DNA of 63,914 nucleotides, counting the filler, from Octopus bimaculoides (taxonomy: Eukaryota): assembly GCF_001194135.2 (NCBI RefSeq). It is 6 parts of 5 records of this genome, joined end to end, with 100 filler letters (N's around TTAATTAATTAA, not from the genome) between each part and the next. Parts side by side here need not be neighbours in the genome. Positions count along the whole stretch, not along the records: positions 5,555 to 17,211 come from NC_068981.1; positions 17,312 to 23,205 come from NC_068983.1; positions 23,306 to 37,604 come from NC_068985.1; 3 more parts are not named here. One strand, given 5' to 3'. Each line of letters opens with the position of its first letter. Within the stretch, counting starts at the first letter, position 1. Below, piece after piece: positions 13,974-25,606 of this stretch. A model generated the notes under the pieces. It was not told the origin of the DNA. It ran no database searches and saw only the letters and a list, made by a program, of their open reading frames with translations. Position numbers and translations under genes: made by a program.

Positions 13974-14125
13974 TCATCGTCGTCATCATCGTCGTTTAAC
14001 GTCTGCTTTCCATGCTAGCATGGGTTGGACGATTTGACTGAGGACTGGTGAAACTAGATGGCTACACCAGGCTCCAATCTGATTTGGCAGAGTTTCTAAG
14101 GCTGGATGCCCTTCCTAACGCCTGC
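13974..14125 (-). mobile_element. RTE 3' tail only (about 150 bp)
   Basis: catcatcgtcgtttaacgtctgctttccatgctagc...ggatgcccttcctaacgcc. Confidence 0.9.
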
Positions 14126-14202
14126 CCTTCCTATACACACATATCGTCAGCGTATTATATATCTGTAAAAGAAGCACACTCTAAAACATACAGCAGTAAT
14201 GT

Positions 14203-14960
14203 ATTTACATGCACTTAAATATATGTCCAGTCATAGAGTGACCAATGGTTTTGCATCCATAAAGGGCTTAGTCCCATGGATGAAATGCAGTTAAGTATAT
14301 GTCTGGTCATAGAGTGACCAATGGTTTCGCATCTATAAAAGGCTTAGCCCCATGGACGACCCGTGAGACTTTATAGCCGAAGGCATATAATTTTTCAACT
14401 CTGGCAGGTTCAAAAAAAGTTGAAGAATGATATGCCTTCGGCTTTAGAGTCTGACGAGTCATCCGTGGGGCTAAGCCCTTTATGGATGTGAAACCATTGG
14501 TCACTCTATGACCGGACATATACTTAACTACATTATATATAAATATATAATTTAGAGAAAAAAACCACAATTGTTGAAGTCATCCATGAAAATCCACAAT
14601 CACATATAGAAAAATTTAATAAGTAAATACACTAAAAAGACCTGTAATAAAAATCAAAAAAGTACAAAGTAATAAATATTAAAATAATAATTATTAAAAT
14701 AATAAAATAATAAAGTAATATTTATTACTTTGTACATTTTTGATCTTTATTACAGGTCTTTTTAGTGTATTTACTTATAAAATTTTTCTATATGTGATTG
14801 TGGATTTTCATGGATGAATTCAATAATTGTGGTTTTTTTCTCTAAATTATACATTTATATATATTATATATTGTGAAATTTAATTTAATTTTAACTTTGA
14901 TAAATTAAATTAAATTGAATTTTTCTCTGTAAATTTGGATTTTTATCCCTAATATTATCA

Positions 14961-15004
<44 letters not shown>

Positions 15005-15085
15005 TTCACATCCATAAAGGGCTTAGCCCCATGGATGACTCGTCAGACTCTAAAGCCAAAGGCATGTCATTCTTCAACTCTTTTT
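14203..15085. mobile_element. Compound fold-back element with four hammerhead-family units (Penelope-like termini)
   Basis: Units at 14203-14283(-), 14284-14400(-), 14418-14534(+), 15002-15080(-). Hairpin 1 is 14284-14400 vs 14418-14534; hairpin 2 is about 14535-14680 vs 14717-14872. Confidence 0.75.
14445..14508 (+). ncRNA. Type I hammerhead ribozyme, intact core
   Basis: Stem I UAGAGU/ACUCUA (6 bp), CUGACGA at 14451-14457, long stem II capped by GGGC-UAA-GCCC, GAAA at 14490-14493, stem III ACC-AUU-GGU, cleavage triplet GUC ending at 14502. Confidence 0.85.
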
Positions 15086-15129
15086 ATATAAAAATAGATT
15101 AGACAAACAGACAGACAGATAGATAGGTG

Positions 15130-15335
15130 TATATGTGTCTGTGTTTGTCTCCCACCACCACTTGACAACCAGTGTTGGTGTATTCACATACCCGTAACTT
15201 AGCAGTTGGGCAAAATAGGCAATAGAATAATTACTAGGTTTTAAAAAATAAGTACTAGGATTGATTTGTTCGACTAAAATTCTTCTAGGCAGTGCCTCAC
15301 CATGGCAACAATCTAATGACTGTAAAAAGTAAAAA
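15130..15335 (+). mobile_element. SINE family A, 3' half
   Basis: gtgtttgtctccc...cttgacaaccagtgttggtg...gttcgactaaa...catggc...gactgtaaaaagtaaaaag. Confidence 0.75.
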
Positions 15336-15356
15336 GAGAATATATATATATATATA

Positions 15357-16757
15357 TAGCACTAATTGCGGAGTCACTATCAGAACTAGAGGAGAAGTTT
15401 CAAGTGTGGAAGCAAGGTCTAGAATTGAAGGGCCTTAGAGTCAACCTAGCTAAAACCAAAATCCTAATAAGTAGGAAGGTAGATAAAACACAAACCCCTT
15501 CAGGCAGATGGCCCTGCTCAGTATATAGAAAAGGAGTAGGTAGTAACTCTATAATATGTACCCGGTGCAAGCTATGGACACATAAGAGGTGCAGCAATAT
15601 CAAAGGCAGGTTAACTAGGAAGTTAGTTTTTGTATGTGGCAGATGTTCAGGTGCAATAAAGACTGTAAACAAACAGGAAACTACTTCTATNNNNNNNNNN
15701 NNNNNNNNNNNNNNNNNNNNNNNNNNNNNNNNNNNNNNNNNNNNNNNNNNNNNNNNNNNNNNNNNNNNNNNNNNNNNNNNNNNNNNNNNNNNNNNNNNNN
15801 NNNNNNNNNNNNNNNNNNNNNNNNNNNNNNNNNNNNNNNNNNNNNNNNNNNNNNNNNNNNNNNNNNNNNNNNNNNNNNNNNNNNNNNNNNNNNNNNNNNN
15901 NNNNNNNNNNNNNNNNNNNNNNNNNNNNNNNNNNNNNNNNNNNNNNNNNNNNNNNNNNNNNNNNNNNNNNNNNNNNNNNNNNNNNNNNNNNNNNNNNNNN
16001 NNNNNNNNNNNNNNNNNNNNNNNNNNNNNNNNNNNNNNNNNNNNNNNNNNNNNNNNNNNNNNNNNNNNNNNNNNNNNNNNNNNNNNNNNNNNNNNNNNNN
16101 NNNNNNNNNNNNNNNNNNNNNNNNNNNNNNNNNNNNNNNNNNNNNNNNNNNNNNNNNNNNNNNNNNNNNNNNNNNNNNNNNNNNNNNNNNNNNNNNNNNN
16201 NNNNNNNNNNNNNNNNNNNNNNNNNNNNNNNNNNNNNNNNNNNNNNNNNNNNNNNNNNNNNNNNNNNNNNNNNNNNNNNNNNNNNNNNNNNNNNNNNNNN
16301 NNNNNNNNNNNNNNNNNNNNNNNNNNNNNNNNNNNNNNNNNNNNNNNNNNNNNNNNNNNNNNNNNNNNNNNNNNNNNNNNNNNNNNNNNNNNNNNNNNNN
16401 NNNNNNNNNNNNNNNNNNNNNNNNNNNNNNNNNNNNNNNNNNNNNNNNNNNNNNNNNNNNNNNNNNNNNNNNNNNNNNNNNNNNNNNNNNNNNNNNNNNN
16501 NNNNNNNNNNNNNNNNNGCGGGTGGCACATAAAAGACACCATTTTGAGCGTGGCCGTTGCCAGTACCACCTGACTGGCCTTCGTGCGGGTGACACGTAAA
16601 AGCACCTACTACACTCTCTGAGTGGTTGGCGTTAGGAAGGGCATCCAGCTGTAGAAACTCTGCCAAATTTAGATTGGAGCCTGGTGTTGCCATCCGGTTT
16701 CACTAGTCCTCAGTCAAATCGTCCAACCCATGCTAACATGGAAAGCAGACGTTAAAC

Positions 16758-16795
<38 letters not shown>
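15357..16795 (+). mobile_element. RTE-clade LINE, 5'-truncated just after the RT catalytic motif, spans gap
   Basis: ALIAESLSELEEKFQVWKQGLELKGLRVNLAKTK...GRWPCSV.RKGVGSNSI.CTRCKLWTHKRCS..CGRC; 3' UTR and (GAT)n tail to 16795. Confidence 0.9.
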
Positions 16796-16796
<1 letters not shown>

Positions 16797-16814
16797 ATAG
16801 GTATTATCTAGAAG

Positions 16815-17105
16815 AATTTTAGTCGAACGAATCGACCCCAGCACTTATTTTTTAAAACCTAGTAATTATTCTATTGCCTATTTTCTATTTTGTCGAACTG
16901 CTAAGTTACAGGGATGTGGATACAGCAACACTGGTTGTCAAGCAGTGGTGGGAGACAAACACGAACACACACCTATCAATCTGTCTGTCTAATCTATTTC
17001 TTTCAGCTTCCATCCACGAAATCCATTCACATAACTTTGATGAGCATGAGGCTATAGTAGAAGACATCCAATTTGTCACACAGTGTGGCTGAACCAGGAA
17101 TCATG
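16815..17105 (-). mobile_element. SINE family A, old copy
   Basis: ttagtcgaacgaatcgacccc...gctatagtagaagaca...gtggctgaaccagga. Confidence 0.75.
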
Positions 17106-17310
17106 TATATATAGTCAATTGAAAAACATGGTAATAAAAAAAAAACAAGTGTAATAGGTGTAAAAAAATGAGTAGTAAACAAATCTGAAAACCAAAATTT
17201 GAGCAAACGAANNNNNNNNNNNNNNNNNNNNNNNNNNNNNNNNNNNNNNNNNNNNTTAATTAATTAANNNNNNNNNNNNNNNNNNNNNNNNNNNNNNNNN
17301 NNNNNNNNNN

Positions 17311-17557
17311 NTGTGCGGGTGACACATAAAAGACACCATTTCGAGCGTGGCCGTTTTCGTGCGGGTGACACGTAAAAGCACCCACTACACTCTCTGAGTG
17401 GTTGGCGTTAGGAAGGGCATCCAGCTGTAGAAACTCTGCCAAATTAGATTGGAGCCTGGTGTTGCCATCCGATTTCACCAGTCCTCAGTCAAATCGTCCA
17501 ACCCATGCTAGCATGGAAAGCGGACGTTAAACGATGATGATGATGATGATGATGATA
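17311..17557 (+). mobile_element. RTE 3' end (deletion variant)
   Basis: gttaggaagggcatccagctgtagaaac...gcggacgttaaac(gat)n. Confidence 0.9.
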
Positions 17558-17565
17558 TATGTATG

Positions 17566-17796
17566 TATGCATATATATAATTAACAGAATGAGATAAAAA
17601 ATCCAAGGCTGTGAATGATTTCAGAACATTTATAAAGAGAAGGTCTTACAGCTGCTTCCGGGATATTTTATACATCCCTTAATCAGAGACGGTGTGATCC
17701 CGGAAACAGCTGCAAGACCTCTTTATAAATGTTCTGAAATCTTTCACAGCCTTGGATTTTTTATCTCATTCTGTTAATTTTTTTATATATATGCAT
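17566..17796. mobile_element. Fold-back of a Penelope-like terminus with degenerate hammerhead (family 2)
   Basis: Arms about 17579-17664 and 17697-17779; minus strand 17643-17690 reads gtct CUGAUUA A GGGAUGU..AUAUCCC G GAAGC AGCU GUA agac. Confidence 0.75.
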
Positions 17797-17903
17797 GACT
17801 TATGTTGGACTCCTCATTCACATAATCACCGAGCCTGGAGCTTAATTATAGTCTATCCATAGCACTTATTCAGCATTACCTGACACCATTACCTCTCATA
17901 ACC

Positions 17904-17941
<38 letters not shown>

Positions 17942-18779
17942 AACATATATATATAAATTCAAATTACGATGAAAGTAAACAAACAAAGTTTGCTTTAGAA
18001 GTGTTGAGATGTATTGAAAGATAAGGAAATATTTTTATTTTCAAATGCAGAAATATGGGTAGTTTTGGTTGCCAGTGGAGCTAGTCCTTTTTAAAATTTC
18101 ATACAAATCTTTGAAAATACTCAACATTATTGGAAAACATTTAATTTTTCAATTTTAGTTTCCATGACAACAGTACATGCTAGNNNNNNNNNNNNNNNNN
18201 NNNNNNNNNNNNNNNNNNNNNNNNNNNNNNNNNNNNNNNNNNNNNNNNNNNNNNNNNNNNNNNNNNNNNNNNNNNNNNNNNNNNNNNNNNNNNNNNNNNN
18301 NNNNNNNNNNNNNNNNNNNNNNNNNNNNNNNNNNNNNNNNNNNNNNNNNNNNNNNNNNNNNNNNNNNNNNNNNNNNNNNNNNNNNNNNNNNNNNNNNNNN
18401 NNNNNNNNNNNNNNNNNNNNNNNNNNNNNNNNNNNNNNNNNNNNNNNNNNNNNNNNNNNNNNNNNNNNNNNNNNNNNNNNNNNNNNNNNNNNNNNNNNNN
18501 NNNNNNNNNNNNNNNNNNNNNNNNNNNNNNNNNNNNNNNNNNNNNNNNNNNNNNNNNNNNNNNNNNNNNNNNNNNNNNNNNNNNNNNNNNNNNNNNNNNN
18601 NNNNNNNNNNNNNNNNNNNNNNNNNNNNNNNNNNNNNNNNNNNNNNNNNNNNNNNNNNNNNNNNNNNNNNNNNNNNNNNNNNNNNNNNNNNNNNNNNNNN
18701 NNNNNNNNNNNNNNNNNNNNNNNNNNNNNNNNNNNNNNNNNNATTCATTTTGCAGCTCAAAGAGGTGAGCCTTGTTCTA

Positions 18780-19270
18780 TGCTCAGGTCAAGGCATAGAA
18801 TACAACCCCCAATATCAGTAGCAGGGCCTGACAGCATATGCTGGTTTACCCCTGCCACATCATGCTGGTTCCGTATCCCTTTGAGCAACATCATATTCAC
18901 TCATTTGTCCACAAACACTCTACAAGTTTTCCTATCATTTATAAACTCCCTTGCCTCTCTCACTCCAACACCTTTAACGACCAAAGCTTTCCTCACTCCA
19001 TCCATCCACACAAACCGAGGTCTGCCTCTGGTTCTGCTGCCTATCACTTCCGCTTCATCACCCTCCTTACTATCCACTACTCATTCATCCTCTCCATGTG
19101 ACCAAACCACCTCAACATTCATCAATCCATTTAGGTTGTTAGTTTTTCTTTCATTCTTCATCCAGTCCATCTGTGTCACTCCAATCATAGCCCTCGGACA
19201 TCTCATCTCAAACACATCTAGTCGCCTCCTTTCTGCCTCTCTCATTCCCCATGTCTCTGCACCATATAAC
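18780..19270 (-). mobile_element. RTE-clade LINE of a second family, 3' fragment
   Basis: LYGAETWGMREAERRRLDVFEMRC.RAMIGVT and downstream GRPRFVWMDGV-like motif. Confidence 0.8.
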
Positions 19271-19384
19271 CATGCAAAATCTGACAGTGAATTAAAATCA
19301 AAAGTGGAGTTCAATTTTTTTTATTGGAAGTTATAATTATGAAAATATATTAATCCTTTTGACTATAGCTACAAGACCTGAAAT

Positions 19385-19550
19385 TTTTTGGGAGGATGCT
19401 TGTCAATTACATCAACTTGTACTTATTTTATCAACACTGAAAGGATGAAAGGCAAAGTTGACCTCAGTCAAATTTGAACTCAGAATATAAAGCTGAAAGA
19501 AATGCTGTTAAGCATTTTGTCCAGTGTGGTAATGATTCTGCCAGCAAATG
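19385..19550 (-). mobile_element. SINE family B fragment
   Basis: gaaaggatgaaaggcaaagttgacctcag..aatttgaactcagaa. Confidence 0.7.
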
Positions 19551-19589
19551 TAAAAGTATAAAAATTAATTAAATATTTTTACAACAAAA

Positions 19590-19960
19590 CTATATATGGC
19601 AGTGTAGAAGCCCATTTTACAGCCATGTAGTTTTGGGTTCAGTGCCACTGTGTGGCACTTTGGGCAAGTATCTTCTACTATAGCCCTGGGCCAACCAATG
19701 TTATGTCAGTAAATTTGACAGACAGAAACTGTGGAAACCCATCATATATAGATATATGTGTGTTTGTGTTTATGTTTGTCCCCATTACTTGACAACTGGC
19801 GTTGGTTTGTTTACATCCTCACAATCTAGAGGTTCAGCAAAAGAGACTGATAAAATAAATACCAGACTTGAAATTTGAGTATTGGGGTCAATTTGTTCAA
19901 TTAAACCCTTTTAGGTGATGATTCAACATCGCCACAGTTCAATGAGTGAAACTAGTAAAA
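19590..19960 (+). mobile_element. SINE family A
   Basis: gggttcagtgccactgtgtggcactttgggcaag... through tgtttgtcccc...ttgacaac... to aatgagtgaaactagtaaaa. Confidence 0.75.
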
Positions 19961-20896
19961 AAAATGAAAGGTGTATATGTGTGTTTACTTATTTTGTGTT
20001 TTTTTATGGTTATTTGCCAAATTTTGTGAGTTTGTGTATTCTGAAANNNNNNNNNNTGTATATGTGTGTTTACTTATTTTGTGTTTTTTTAAACCCTTTA
20101 GCATCTTGTTTGGAAACATCCAGCCCAAATATCCTATTTGAAACTGGCCAGATCTGATCTCTTACACCTACTCTACAAAATCCTTCTAAGAAATAAAAAA
20201 TCACATCATTGAAATCTCAAAGCCACGAGATAATGCATGATTAAATCAAAAACAGTGTGAATATATAAGCATTGTAGTCATCAAAGTAATCTGAATGCTA
20301 AAGGGTTAAAATAATTGATAGTAGTCTTTTTAAAATTAAGTTTTCTTTTTATCCAATAACTGGAAATGTTTAAACAGTCAAACTGATTATTCTTGTCTGC
20401 TGAAAATTTTTTGACTTAAGTTCTTTTGTCTTTTTAGAGAGAGATATTTGAAAGAAAACCTAAAACTGATGGAAAAGAACCGAAGTAATTATCGCCAACT
20501 ATGTCTATTAGGTACCAATGAACACATTGGTAAGTATTAGAAAAGCCAAAGAAGCCACTTTATTTAATCCTTTTACATTAAAACCAGCTCAAATATTTTA
20601 TGTTTTATGTTCAAACCAGCCAGATTTTATCTCTCACACCTACACTACAATGTCATTGTAAAAATGCAACAGTCACATTACTGAACTCTCAAAGCTATGA
20701 GATAATGTATAATTAATTCAAAACAATGTTAATAAATTAGCTTTATAATTGACAGAAAAATCTGAATGCCAGAGAGTGTTAGACAGCAGAAAATATGCTC
20801 TGGTTGTTAGGGATGATATTAAATTATAAAAGGGTCTGTATGTAATCATATTATGAAACATATGTTATTAAAATCTATAATATATAAGATGGAAAA

Positions 20897-20938
<42 letters not shown>

Positions 20939-20943
20939 TGTGT

Positions 20944-20974
<31 letters not shown>

Positions 20975-21199
20975 ACAGGCCATTTACTGGATCCTACTTA
21001 AAATCAATATTTTTCATTCGATTTCATTCACACTTGGCACATACATCACTTATGTTCCACAGATGGTTCTACACTCTTTAGAGTTTTCACTTATGGAGTA
21101 ATATAAAGTAATGCGGCTTCTAGGGTCAGAAAAACCTCCATTTCTGTTGTACAATGATTATTGTGGACAAGGGCAGTAACTCTTTGTGAAGTAACATTC

Positions 21200-22807
21200 A
21201 GAAATTGATCGCCTCCCTTACATTTGTATCCCTCACTACACTTTTTTGGTTGACGATCGGTGGCCCGTATCCCACAACAAGAGGCTCTGCAAAACATTTC
21301 ATGCACACATCAAGAAAAATTCACAAATGATACCCTCGTATGATTCATTTCAATGTTCATTTGGAAAATATGCAGCGAATTTACTTCACAGAAGATAACC
21401 TCATTCAAGAAATAGTTGCCACACGAAAGACCACTCTCACAGCCTTCTTTCACCTATGCAAAATCGACCTCTTTGCAAAGTCTATTTTGTATGTTGAAGT
21501 GCCACATGGAATCAATCATCTTCCCAGTGGCAACGACGAAAACAAGGCCAGTCTATGCTGTTGGATCCAGCAATGTACAAAGTGACACAATCGGACGCAT
21601 CTACACAGTTCACCCCTTGAACTCAGAATGCTTCCATCTAGGGTTCTTACTTCATTTCATTAAAGGACCAACCTCCTTCGACGACCGTTGCACAGTGGAC
21701 GGCCACTTATGCAGCACTTTCAAAGATGCCTGCTCCAAATGAGGACTTTTGGATACAGATGATCAATATGATAATGCACTCAAAGAGACCTCTCTGTGTT
21801 GTTCTCTGCACAAGCTCCAACACTTTTTTGTAATAATGCTGGTTTTCTGCAACTTGACAGATGCATATTCACTTTGGAATAAATACAAAGACTCAAAGTG
21901 CCATGACATTTTACTGCAGACATAGCCAAAACGAAACCCTCTTCATTCCAAAACTTCTGCTAACTCCAACAGACTTCTCCTACAATATGCAGAAACTTCA
22001 GTTCCTTCTCAAACTCAGCTTTGCCATAACTATTAACAAAGCACAAAGTCAGTTGCTGAAAGTTGTCAGATTGGACCTTCGAACATCGTGCTTTTCACAT
22101 GGATAATTCTATGTCAGTTGTTCCAGAGTTGGTCATCCAGACAACTTATTCATCTATGCTCCTGAAGGAAAAACCAAAAATGTTGTCTACAAAGCAGCCC
22201 TACAGTAGTCATTCCTCTGCTGCAATTTTCACATCTATACTAAACTGTAGTCATTAGCAATAAGACTTCCTGCAAGCATTTCATCGATATTTTGCTTAAT
22301 TTCCCTGATTGCTTTTAACAGTACATTACCTTCAATGACACTTCTTACTTCATGCATGCTATTCATTCATAAGCATGCTCTGACGTTTATTTTTGTACGT
22401 GCCATTATTCAATTTGTGTGTTTGCTATAAATGTTTGCTTTTCTTTATCATACATGATTTTCATTGAAAAAAAAAGCTCCAATGTGGTTGCGTCAGGCAT
22501 TACAATAAAAATAAGTACACAATACAAAATGCTTCAGGATATAGGATCCCTAATGCCTACTGAAATTGCAATCCCATTTCATGGACTTTCATTTATTACT
22601 AACTACCAAATTTGTGTTAAAAAAAATTATTCATTACTTAAGCTGCTTAATACCATATCATAAACTGCTAACAGAAATGGTAATTATACATTTTACACTT
22701 ATCAACTTGAAATGACTTCTAACTGCAGGCTAATCCAACTTAAACCATCCACAGGAGTGCACCATTCTAATAAATTACACCATCTGAAGGACGGGTGCTT
22801 TTGCTAG
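21200..22807 (+). mobile_element. Helitron remnant (Rep-helicase pseudogene), internally deleted, 3' end retained
   Basis: VHLENMQRIYFTED...TTLTAFF.LCK.D.FAK..LY.EVP; YTVHP.NSECFHL..LLH..KGPTSFDD..TVDG...TFKDAC; PIF1 C-terminus AITINKAQ.Q.LKVV.LDL...CFSHGQ.YV..SRV...KTKNVVY; terminal GC-rich motif and CTAG at 22804-22807 followed by T. 5' limit approximate. Confidence 0.88.
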
Positions 22808-23148
22808 TACTTAATAAATGCGGGATGGCTGTGTGGTTTAGAAGTAAGCAGAAACTGTCCGGAAGCTCATAGGATGTTGCACTCACAATTGCAAGATTGT
22901 GGTTTCAATCAATTCCTTGACTGAGTGCTGTGTTGTATTCTTGAGCAAAACACTTCATTTCACATTGTTCTGTGATCATTTCACCATCTGACATGTGGCA
23001 CGTCGTGCACCTGTACACGTAATGTCAATTTGATGTAGGGACTGAGCTTATGTGTGCACAAGCATTTGATCACTATAAACAAATCATTTGTTTGGCTGTC
23101 CAGAAAGAAATTACAGAACCATCATAGTCATTTAACGACAGGAAAGTC

Positions 23149-23205
<57 letters not shown>

Positions 23206-24549
23206 NNNNNNNNNNNNNNNNNNNNNNNNNNNNNNNNNNNNNNNNNNNNTTAATTAATTAANNNNNNNNNNNNNNNNNNNNNNNNNNNNNNNNNNNNNNN
23301 NNNNNTATATATATACATATATATATAAGAATTAGTATATAGCAATGGAATATATAACAATCTGACCAAATCATAAGTGTCCCAGCATGGCCGTAGTCTA
23401 ATTAATGAAAGAAGTAAAAGAAGATAAGCAAGAAAAAAGAACAGTATATTTAGTCGAAGAATGCTGAACTGGTTCCAGATAGAATTAATTACTCATATTA
23501 CACAAGAAAAGTCTTCATTTCATACATCGAATTAAACTTCTTTTATAAAACATTCTATCAAGTCTCATATACTAATGCATTTCCTGCTTTAATGCAAATT
23601 TGTATATAATATCATTTAATAACAATAAAGGCGTAGTGCGTATCTCTAGTTCGCAAGTATCGAAACATTGATGTCATAAGAGTTAATTCAAAGAATAGAA
23701 AGTAGTCACATCAACGACAATAAAAAGCAACTTCTGCATTAACACATCATTCTGACAGATCTGTGGGAATTAAGCACAAAGGCATGATTTGTTTGGAAAT
23801 GAAATAAGATCTGAAGATGGATTCGAACGCATCAACTTATAGAATACACGATTTTGCTTAAATACAAAAGTAAAGAGGGTTGTATTTGTTTCAGTTAGAG
23901 AAGTGAATTAAATCTGATTAATACATTAGAGATATATCGAGTTGTAACAAGAGATGTAATATACTCACAGCATGGCGTATCTTTGATAAAACAACAATTG
24001 CTTCATCAGCTTTCATTGGTTGAATAATTCAACACGGCACAATCTCTGGAACGGGTGAACAGATACAAGATGTATTGTGCAAATTAGGACAATTATGTAT
24101 GTATTATAATGTCGCTGGCATCTACAGAAATAATATCAATAACATAGCAGGTTTAACTATGTTATAGTTTTAAAATGTTCCACCTACACACAACTGGATA
24201 TCAGAATAGGCTCTACGGGTATATATATATAAGTTGATATACATACACTCCACGGGTGTCCCATGTCGCCAAAGTTAATTTAGTACAAACACAATATATA
24301 CTTCCAAAGTTCCATTCCTATGATGCATCACAAACAATTCAAATGCAATTACGTTACGATATTACACTCCCCAATAAAGAAATAGTGTTTATTTTAAACA
24401 CAAAGCGCTGACGCTGCAATTCATCGAATCAACGCTGCACAACTACAAATTAATCAACTATATAAGAAAATAAATCACAGACTAATTAGAAACTTCGTAA
24501 TTGTTTGTATGCAAATCAAACGCTTTCCAAAATACGCTGCAATATCAAC

Positions 24550-24606
24550 AATGCTGGTACATAAATGCTGGTACATAAATGCTGGTACATAAATGCTGGT
24601 ACATAA
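24550..24606. repeat. Perfect 14-bp tandem repeat x4 (aatgctggtacata)
   Basis: Direct observation. Confidence 0.95.
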
Positions 24607-24614
24607 AACGTGAA

Positions 24615-24780
24615 GATATTTCGACTGCGCTTACGTTTTGAATTCAAATTCCGCCGAGGTCGACTTTGCTTTTCATCGCTTCAAGGTCGATTGAATAAAT
24701 ACCAGTTACGCACTGGGGTCGATGTAATCGACTTACTCCCTTTGTCTGTCCTTGTTTGTCCCCTCTATATTTAGCCACCC
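24615..24780 (+). mobile_element. SINE family B (Meta/MESC-like core)
   Basis: gaattcaaattccgccgaggtcgactttgcttttcatc...gtcga..aataaataccagttacgcactggggtcgatgtaatcgactt. Confidence 0.8.
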
Positions 24781-24929
24781 CACCCCTGTTGGCAATAAAA
24801 AAAAAATAATATATTACGTATTCTGACTTCAGTGTACAAAAGCTAGTTTAATACAGCCAATTTACAGATCACTAAGAGAAACTCTTTAGCCAAACTGAAA
24901 ATATGTACAGGACCAAGAGAATTTAAAAA

Positions 24930-25296
24930 GAGCAAGAGCACTCAGAGAGCGCAAACCTCCACAAAGACAACACCAACTTCGTCTCAACGATTAGCCGGAG
25001 ATGGTTTTTCAAATGAGAATATCTAAAATAAACTCAACTGCTCTCACAAACAAGAATACTAAAAATGAACCCGACCGCTCTCAAAAATTAAGTAAAAAAT
25101 CTGGAAAAATAATTCACAATCCTTGTCTGGTACCGGATCGATCCTCAAATCTAATGAGTTCGCCCTAGTCATGAGGCCAAACATCTCTGAAAGTTTCGTC
25201 CGAATCCATCCAGCGGTTCTTGAGATATCTTGTCCACGGTCAAACAAACGCGACTGCAAGCAATACCCACCGCCTTCCCTAAGGCGGGGGTAATAA
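24930..25296 (-). mobile_element. Helentron-associated non-autonomous element (HINE/DINE-like)
   Basis: Minus strand begins ttattacccccgccttagggaaggcgg (subterminal palindrome), then ctggatggattcggacgaaactt, and ends ggaggtttgcgctctctgagtgctcttg. Confidence 0.75.
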
Positions 25297-25509
25297 TGCA
25301 TTCAGTCCCGTGATAAAAAACAATTCACGACAACGTACGCATGTTTTATAGTGTATATAGTTTATAAATAATATAATTTAAACAAGAGTATTGTTGTAAA
25401 GACGCACAACTATCTGCGAATAATCTGAAAATATGGTAGATGAAAATGTCAGTGATATTTTGCAACCTTTTCAAACTTTCAATAGAACAGTGTATACACA
25501 CACATACAC

Positions 25510-25606
<97 letters not shown>

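Noticed and set aside
17643-17718. T-to-C changes at the same palindrome base in both arms, as an A-to-I editing fossil
   Set aside because: Only two sites; other arm differences are not A-to-G biased.
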